From Zygophlyctis sp. KS116 (Eukaryota > Fungi > Chytridiomycota): 29,085 bases of DNA. Below are positions 21,323 to 29,085 of the stretch, in pieces. The stretch is taken from the NCBI GenBank assembly GCA_054661495.1, contig BAAFSQ010000119.1, forward strand, positions 1-29,085, written 5' to 3'. The notes under the pieces were generated by a model that ran no database searches, had not been told where the DNA came from, and saw only the letters and a list, made by a program, of their open reading frames with translations. How positions within the stretch are numbered: the stretch's first letter is position 1; every line of letters begins with the position of its first letter. The position numbers and the translations under genes were made by a program.

Positions 21323-23552
21323 ATGGCAACGGATTTTAGTGATATTTACTTGGGAGGAAGGAATGGTCCTCTGTCAAAGGGAAAATTAAAGATTGCGGAA
21401 GCAGGACTGGGCTGGAAGAATGCAACCACTGGCGCAATTGTAACGATTTCAGCTACTGATATTCAAAAAATGAATTGGCAGAGAGTTTGTAAAGACTATC
21501 AACTTAAAGTATTTAAAACTGATGGCTCGGTTATAAAGTTTGATGGTTTTTCAAAGGAATTGTTTGATTCACTTGCAAGTGTAATCAAGTCTTGTTATTC
21601 TTTAAATTTGGAACAAAAGGAAGTTTCTTTGAGAGGATGGAATTGGGGAAATACTGCATTTCAAAATAATCAATTGATTTTTTCAATTGGGAATAAGACT
21701 TGTTTTGAAGTGCCACTAAATGAAGTTGCAAATACTTCATTGGCGTCAAAAACTGAAGTTATGATTGAATTTGCTCCTCCTGATTTAGGACCAGATTCAG
21801 AAGGGAAAAGGATCAAGGAAGATGTTTTAGTGGAAATGAGATTCTTTGTTCCTGGATTAGCGGATGGAGATATGGTATGTAAGGTTATTAAAGTTGTAGG
21901 TGGCAGATGATGAGGATGGTCCAGCAGTTTACAAGGATTTAGATCAACAAAATAAAGAAGACAAGGAACCCAGTTCTGATCAAGAAGAAACGTTTGTTGT
22001 TGGGGATGATGGTGAAGCATTAAGTGCTGCTGCAGTCTTTTGTGAAACTATTAAACAAAAAGCAGAATTGGGAGCTCTTAGTGGTGAAGCAATTGTTAAA
22101 TTTGATGATTTATTATGTTTGACACCTAGGTAAGATTTTTAAATTTGACAATTTTAGAAGCAGATTTGAAATTTCTCTTTATAGTGACTTTTTACGGCTT
22201 CGTGGAAAGTCTTATGATTACAAAATTTTATATACTTCGGTTACAAAACTGTTTTTGCTTCCAAAGCCAGATGAATTACACTGGATGTTTGTTATTGGGC
22301 TTAATCCTCCTATTCGTCAAGGTCAAACAAGATATCCTTATTTAGTCTTTCAATTTGATCGGGATGACGAAATAGATTGTGATTTGAACTTGGAAGAGTA
22401 ACGTTTTATTTTGTCTTTTAAAGATTTAGGGATATTCTTAAAGAGAAAAAATTACAGAAAAATTATGATGGGCCAGTGTATGAAGTAGTTGCTGAAATAT
22501 TGGGAGCTTTAGCGTCACGCCGTGTTGTTGATTCTAGTTCTTTCAAGAGGTAAATATTACTTAGACTAAATTTAGCTCTACAAATCAAATGTCTGTTAAA
22601 TGTGCGCAAAAGGCAAATGAACTTTTAATGTATCCATTGGAAAAGAGTTTTCTTGCACTGCCAAAGCCAACTATTTTGATTCAGCATTCAGAAATAGCTG
22701 CTGTTATATTTTCTAGAGTCGGAGGAAATACTTCAAATTTAAAAACTTTTGAAATTCGAATTACGACTACAACTGGTAATGATACAATTTTCAGCAACAT
22801 TCCAAGGTAACAATTTTAAACGTTTATTTTCAAAGGGAAGAACATGAACCAATTGAGGAATACTGTGTTGCAAAGAAACTAAGAATTCAGAATGAAATTG
22901 TTGAAGAAGAAATCGGTGCTGTATATGATATTGACTCTGAAGAAGAAAATGTTGGAGTTAAGCGGGCACCTGATGACCTTGATTCTGAATCTGGTATTAT
23001 TTTTAATTTAATTGAGTAATAGAAGACTTGGACTTCCAAGGTGGTAGTGATAGTGATGTTGCTGAAGAATTTGATGAAGAATATTCATCTTCTGAAGATG
23101 AAGAAGGAGGCGAAAAGGGTAAATCTTTTTTAAATATTTATAAATTAGCACCAACTCCAAAAAAAGAAAAACCAAAGTCTACAAAGACTGTAAAAGACGG
23201 ACCATCCAAGAAAAAAGCTAAAAAAGATCCAAATGCGCCTAAAAAACCTCTAACTTCCTTTATCATCTTCTCATCTGATAAACGAAGTGAAATTGTAAAT
23301 GCAAATCCTGGAATGGGTATTGGTGATGTTGCTAAACAGCTGGGAAGTTTATGGAAAGAAATCTCAGCTTCTGAAAAAACAAAATATGAAGAATTAGCAA
23401 AAAAGGATAAGGAAAGATATGAGCGTGATATGTCTTTATATAAAAAAGGAGAAGTAGAATCAAAACCGTCTAAAACAGAATCTGTCAAGTCTTCTAAACC
23501 AGACTCTACTAAATTCAAGAGCGAAGAAGTCATTGACTCGGATTCTAATTAA
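21323..23552 (+). CDS. POB3: FACT complex subunit Pob3/SSRP1 with C-terminal HMG box, 8 exons
   Basis: LRGWNWG, LVEMRFFVP, LCLTPRSRFE, PPIRQGQTRYPYLV, acidic linker, HMG box KKDPNAPKKPLTSFIIFS...WKEIS...YE. Confidence 0.95.
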
Positions 23553-23619
23553 TAATTGATTTTCTTGCTAAATCCAAAATTGTGAATTGAGTGATTTGAG
23601 GTCTTGGGCTGCGTCAAAA

Positions 23620-26118
23620 ATGCGAGCCAAACGTCGGGCAACTCGATCATCTGTAACTCCTTCGGACACTGCTGCATCAACCGCTGTGGACGATCCTTAC
23701 AGTGCTGATTCCATCGACTCTGATTGGCATGAAGACTCTGAATCTTCTGTTGGATCACAATTGTCAGAATTTCATGATTCTAATGATGATCCCACCAATG
23801 AACTGACATTATTGAAGGATCCGATCGCTGTTTCAACGCCTCAGGAAACAAAGATTAAGAAAAAGAGTCCGCCGAAGAAGAAAAGATCTAAAGCTGAGCC
23901 TGTACAAGTCTGGGAAGCTCCATCGGATCTGGATGAGCTAGATAAATGCTCAGATCTTGAGACTTTGAATTCTGGAAAAAGAAAAAAGAAATTCAATGCA
24001 GAATCACGGCTACGAATTTTACATCCTGAAATAGGAACTGCTTGGAGAGATTTGAAGCAAAAGTCTTCAGATTGTACTCATGATCCAAATCAGCCCAGTG
24101 ATGTTACTCTTAAACTTTTGCCTTTTCAGTTGGAAGGTGTTTCATGGTTGAGACATCAAGAGGAAGGTATATTTCACGGTGGTATTTTAGCTGATGAAAT
24201 GGTAATTTTTTACATTAAATAGAAGGGAATGGGAAAGACTATTCAAATGATTTCTTTACTTGTTTCAAAGAAAATGGAAGGTTCTACACTCATATTATGT
24301 CCAACAGTTGCACTATTTCAATGGGAAAATGAAATAAAGAATAGGACTACAAAAGATTTGTTAAAAGTATTGATATTTCATGGTAATTCAAGATTTTAAT
24401 ACTAGGTTCTAATCGTATCACCAATATTTCTGAATTAACTGAATATGATGTTATTATCTCTACTTATTCAATTGTCGAACAAGGATTTAGAAAACAAACT
24501 TATGGAGTTAAACGAAAAGGTCAATTGGTAAAGGAAAAATCTATTTTACATTCTTATGAATGGTCGCGTGTTATTTTAGATGAAGCACATGCTATCAAGG
24601 ATCGTAGTTGTTCAACTGCAAGAGCAGTGTTTGCTCTTAAGCGAAATAAACAGTGGGCTTTATCAGGAACACCATTGCAAAATCGTGTTGGAGAGGTAAT
24701 TAAATTATTTTGATATTTAGCTCTACTCTTTGGTTAGATTCATGAATGCAGATCCTTTTTCCTTTTACTTTTGCAAGCAGTGTGATTGTAAAATGCAAAC
24801 TTGGGCTTTTTCAGATAGACGTACTTGTGATCATTGTGGACATTCCCCACATCAACATTTTTGTTGGTGGAACAAGGAGATATTAAGGCCTATTCAGGAA
24901 TATGGAGCTATTGGAAAAGGCTTGGTTGCTTTTCAGAAGCTAGGTCTTTTACTGGATAAAATGATGTTGCGAAGAACTAAATTAGAGAAGAGTGATGAAA
25001 TGAATCTACCGCCTAGAATCATCACGGTTCGCCGAGATTTTTTCAATGAACCTGAAGAAGATTTTTATGAAAGTTTATATACAGATTCAGCAAGAACATT
25101 TAGCACATATATAGCTGCTAATACAGTTTTGAATAATTATGCTTCAATCTTTAGTCTTTTAAGTAGAATGCGTCTCGCTGTTAATCATCCTGATTTAGTT
25201 GCTGTTAAAATGGCTCTGCAAAATAATACTGCAAAAGAAAACTTGGTTTGCGGGATATGTAATGAAGAAGCTGAATGCCCAATTTTAAGCAAATGTAAAC
25301 ATGTTTTTTGTAGGGAAGACGCACGTCTGTTTTGTGAATCTGCTCCAGAGGATGGGACGATAACATGCCCTGTATGTTTCAAGCCTTTTTCGATTGATCT
25401 TTCACAAATAGAAGTAGAAAGATCAAAAGCTACGGGGGTTCAAACTAATATTGTAAACCATATAGATCTCACGAAATGGAGAAGCAGCACGAAAATAGAA
25501 GGCAAGTTTAAAACGGCTTATTTTTTAGCTTTAGTAGAAGAATTGAATAAGCTAAAGAACGAAAATTGCACCGAAAAATCTATTATTTTCTCTCAGTTTG
25601 TTTCATTCTTGGATTTAATTCAATGGTAAGTTTATTTCATTACTTACGAACATAAGGCGGCTTTCTCGTGGAGGTTTCAATGTTGTTAAACTAGACGGCC
25701 GAATGTCTCCTCAGCAACGAGATACTGTATGATATTTTCCCTAATATTCAGACTATAACTAAATTCATGACGGATCCCTCTGTTACGGTATTTCTCATCT
25801 CTTTGAAAGCTGGAGGGGTGGCCTTGAATTTAACGGAGGCATCTAGATGTTTTATCATGGATCCTTGGTGGAATCCGGCCTGCGAAGGTATTTTAGTTTT
25901 CTGGTGATTTTTTAGATCAGGCGTTTGATAGAATACATCGCCTAGGACAATATAGACCAATCAAAATAACTAGAATGATTATAGAAAATTCTATTGAATC
26001 AAGAATTCTACAACTTCAAGAAAAAAAGAAAGCCTTATTTCAGTCAACTATAGGAAAAGATGTAAGTGCCCTTTCTCAATTATCTGAGGAAGACTTAAGG
26101 TTTTTGTTTGTATTGTAA
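23620..26118 (+). CDS. RAD16: Rad16-type SNF2 helicase with RING finger, 8 exons
   Basis: [106 protein letters not shown]. Confidence 0.94.
25502..25528 (+). other. 27-nt GC-AG intron in RAD16
   Basis: GAA G|gcaagtttaaaacggcttattttttag|CT TTA. Removal restores the conserved STKIEALVEEL; the donor GCAAGT matches the GC-AG consensus. Confidence 0.85.
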
Positions 26119-26133
26119 TTTTACCTTGATTCG

Positions 26134-28084
26134 CTATTTTTCACCAGTTTCCTGTTGAGCATTCCACATGTCACTATAAACTCCTTTAGATTCGAGTAGT
26201 TGTGAATGAGTGCCAGATTCCTTTATTCTTCCCTCTGAAAGTACGACGATTTCTTTGCAATCTTTGATGGTAGTTAAACGATGCGCGATAAACACTGAAG
26301 TTCGTGGGAGGAGCCCGATAGTAGGCTCTTGCAAAATGTCTTTGATAGATGAGATAATCGATGCTTCAGTAGTTTGATCAAGAGCAGAGGTTGGCTCATC
26401 AAATAATAAAATCGGCGGGTTCTTAAATTATTAGAGATTGAATTGTAAGTACCTTCAAAAAAACTCTAGCCAATTGCACTCTTTGCTTTTCACCCCCAGA
26501 TATCATCATCCCTCTTTCTCCAACATGCGTATCGTATCCTTTCGGGAATGATGTTGTAATTGTGGAATGCAAATTGGCTCGTTTTGCGGCATCATGAATT
26601 TCTTCAATACTAGCATTAGGCCTTCCATAGCTTATATTTTCGCCAATTGTCTGGTTGAAAAGTATCGTATCTTGCGGAACAACTCCTAGCATTTGGCGAA
26701 GTGATTGCAATTTGATATCTTTCAAATCATGACCATTGATTGTAATTCTTCCAGAGTCGGGATCAAAAAATCTAAATAAGAGACGAATTATTGTAGATTT
26801 CCCGCAACCACTTGGTCCTACAAAAGCAAAGCTATCACCTGTTCTAATAGTAAAAGAAACTCCATTCAAGATAGGGCGAGAATCAGTATATCCAAAAAAA
26901 ACATTTTCAAACTTAATTTCATAGCCTTTAGAAAGATCCAGGTCAATAGCATTAGGCTTATCTTCAATTTTTGATTTAACGGTTGAAAGTCTTTAAATTA
27001 GTACCAAACGAAAAAGTACTTAAACATTGTATCCATATCTATAAGAGCCTGTCTTATTTCTCGATATACTCCACCGAGAAAATTCAAAGGCATAGAGAGT
27101 TGAAAAACAAGCCCGTTAATGAACACCAAATCTCCAATCGATAATGTCCCACCCAGAATCTCTGCACTTGCCATCCACATCATTGTTGTTAGAGACACAG
27201 CGAAAATAGCGTTCTGGCCTGCATTTAGAAAGGCCAAAGATTTAGCAGTCTTGATTGCAGCACTTTCATATTTTGCCAATGCACTATCGAATTTTTTTAA
27301 TTCATGGTTTTCATTATTAAAATACTTTACAGCTTCAAAATTCAGTAAAGAGTCAGTAGCAACTGAGGCAGCCTGACTATCAGCAGCATTCATTTGTTTT
27401 CTAAACTGTATTCTCCAAGCAGTTGTTTTCAGGGTAAAGATTGTATAAGTAGCCATTGTTGCGAGTGTAACTAATGCATATTCAACGCCATATTTACTAA
27501 CTTTTAGTACCTCATCTTACCTTGTCAAAATCACCGAAACCAACCCAATCTCGAAAACGGTTGGAACTATATGAAAGACAATAGAGGAAAGAATTTGATT
27601 TATACCTCTGCTTCCTCTTTCTATAGATCTTACAAGTCCCCCAACAGGAGATTTCAAATGAAAGTTCAGATCTAGATTTTGTACGTGAAAGAATATATTC
27701 CTTGAAGCACTTCTGATTGCCCGCTGAGCTACATTACTAAACAGTGAGTTCCTCAACTCTTGAAATAGTATAGAGCCCAACTTTGCCCCTCCATATCCTA
27801 GTAATGCAGTTCCACAGACTGAAAGAACGTTTAGATCTTGTGGCACATTTAACAAATCAACAGCTTCCTTGAAGAAGAATGGCACATTGACTGACAAAAC
27901 TTTACCTGATACTAATAATACAACTGCAGTGGACACTCTCAGCTTGATTTCCTATGATCAGTAAAATTAAGATTACCGGATGCTTCTTTGGCCAAATATA
28001 GGGCAGCATCTTAAATAAGATTTTGGAATCCGATGAGGATCTTAAAGGGAATTTATTAAAAAATCCGAATCTAAATCCCAGCAT
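26134..28084 (-). CDS. ATM1: Mitochondrial ABC half-transporter Atm1/ABCB7, 5 exons
   Basis: Presequence-like MLGFRFGFFNKFPLRSS, YIWPK, NVPFFFK, FQELRN, DSLLNFEAVKYFNNE, FQLSMPLNFLG, Walker A GPSGCGKS, signature ISGGEKQR, DEPTSALD, IAHRL. Confidence 0.95.
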
Positions 28085-28998
28085 TAGAATAGACACTATT
28101 GGAAGTTGTTGATCCCAAAGGTGTGACGTAGGCTAACAAATCAATCGCCTTAAACTTACCGCTAGTTATTCCTCCATCAACATTGAAATCAGTTCCAGTG
28201 ACAAAACTACTTTCATCCGAAGCCAGATAAAGAGCTGCATATGCAATTTCAATCGCTTCACCTGAATCTATAAAACTTCAAATTATTACCAAATCTGCCC
28301 ATGGGAACGTGTACCAACCTCCGCTCACGCTTCTCTTCCGTATTAAGAAAATCCATGAGTAATGGAGTTTTTAAAGGTCCAGGACACAAAGCATTAACTC
28401 TTATAGATTCTCTAGCATGGATCACTGCCAATTCTCTAGTCATTGCAAGAACAGCCCCTTTTGATGCTGTATAAGCCAATTGAGGTGTTGCTGCACCTAA
28501 CAGAGCAACAAAAGAAGCAGTATTAATAATCGAACACGGTTCCTTTGTTTTTCTCATTTCAGGAATAGCGTATTTACATCCATGCCTAATTTTAAAAACA
28601 ATAATACAATTATACCAAACACCCTTTACATTTATATTCATTGTAAGATCCCAAACTTTTTCAGAAGTTGTAATTGCATTATCATCATCAGGATGCATAA
28701 TACCTGCATTATTAAACATGATATTCAATTTTCCAAACTTGTCAATTGCAGCAGCTACAAGAGCTTGCACAGACTCCTCTTTACTGACATCTGCTAGTAC
28801 AAATATAGCATTTTTAGTAATTTTTAACACTTGATCGAGCGCAGCTGCAACTTAATTATTTAAATTACCTTTCCCGGCTAGATCGTTTACATCTGCAAGA
28901 ATTACAGATGCGCCTTCTTTGGCAAACAATATACTTGTTTCTAAACCAATTCCCGATCCAGCCCCAGTGATAATCGCTACTTTATTTGCCAATCTCAT
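28071..28998 (-). CDS. Classical short-chain dehydrogenase/reductase, 5 exons
   Basis: MRLANKVAIITGAGSGIG, NNAG, catalytic YTASK, RVNALCPG, FLASDESSFVTGTDFNVDGGITS|AYVTPLG. The stop is a TAG at 28073-28071. Confidence 0.92.
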
Positions 28999-29085
28999 TC
29001 CTTATTCTTGTTAAACAACCTACGACTAAAATCCACGACTTGAAACCGGAGGAAAATTGTAAATTTGTGTGCTCAACAAGTAAAA

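Noticed and set aside
21323-26118. HMG-box gene next to a helicase as a Mucorales-like sex locus
   Set aside because: The HMG box belongs to Pob3/SSRP1 and the helicase is SNF2-type Rad16, not SexP/M and RnhA.
28071-28096. Putative intron gtgtctattctaatgctgggatttag creating an SDR-ATM1 fusion
   Set aside because: The donor is atypical, and splicing would not put the SDR in the ATM1 frame (it stops shortly after).
4292-28797. Numerous short antisense or alternate-frame ORFs in the track (e.g. 4305-4490, 15500-15793, 21670-22020, 23138-23533, 27119-27376)
   Set aside because: Shadows of well-supported genes, with no motifs of their own.

Overview
Eukaryotic, AT-rich and extremely gene-dense fungal DNA. 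It is probably from an early-diverging, chytrid-like lineage, inferred from an HMG-box-bearing Pob3/SSRP1, a GBP-type GTPase and uniformly tiny introns. The ORF track is fragmented because genes are split by about 68 introns of roughly 23-33 nt, which I spliced by eye. Fifteen protein-coding genes are supported, in order: URM1 (-), secreted class-3 lipase (+), two head-to-head paralogous cAMP-receptor/Git3-like 7TM receptors, an orphan secreted/membrane protein (+), a signal-peptide-bearing pseudokinase-like protein (+), betaine lipid synthase BTA1 (-), a GBP/atlastin-like GTPase (-), SmD3 (+), a complete alpha-1,3-glucan synthase (+), RPN10 (+), POB3/SSRP1 (+), RAD16 (+), ATM1 (-) and an SDR oxidoreductase (-). 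The most striking unit is the inverted receptor pair. The two genes have identical intron positions and a six-cysteine N-terminal module whose core 14 codons differ only synonymously. Their 127-bp shared promoter is mostly a perfect 11-bp tandem array of SCB/E2F-like cell-cycle boxes (ACGCGAAACGC). Other oddities are an intron splitting the BTA1 start codon, divergent ATGs 14 bp apart, overlapping CDSs, a GC-AG microintron and several stop-free 3n introns. Product calls come from recognised motifs, not database searches.
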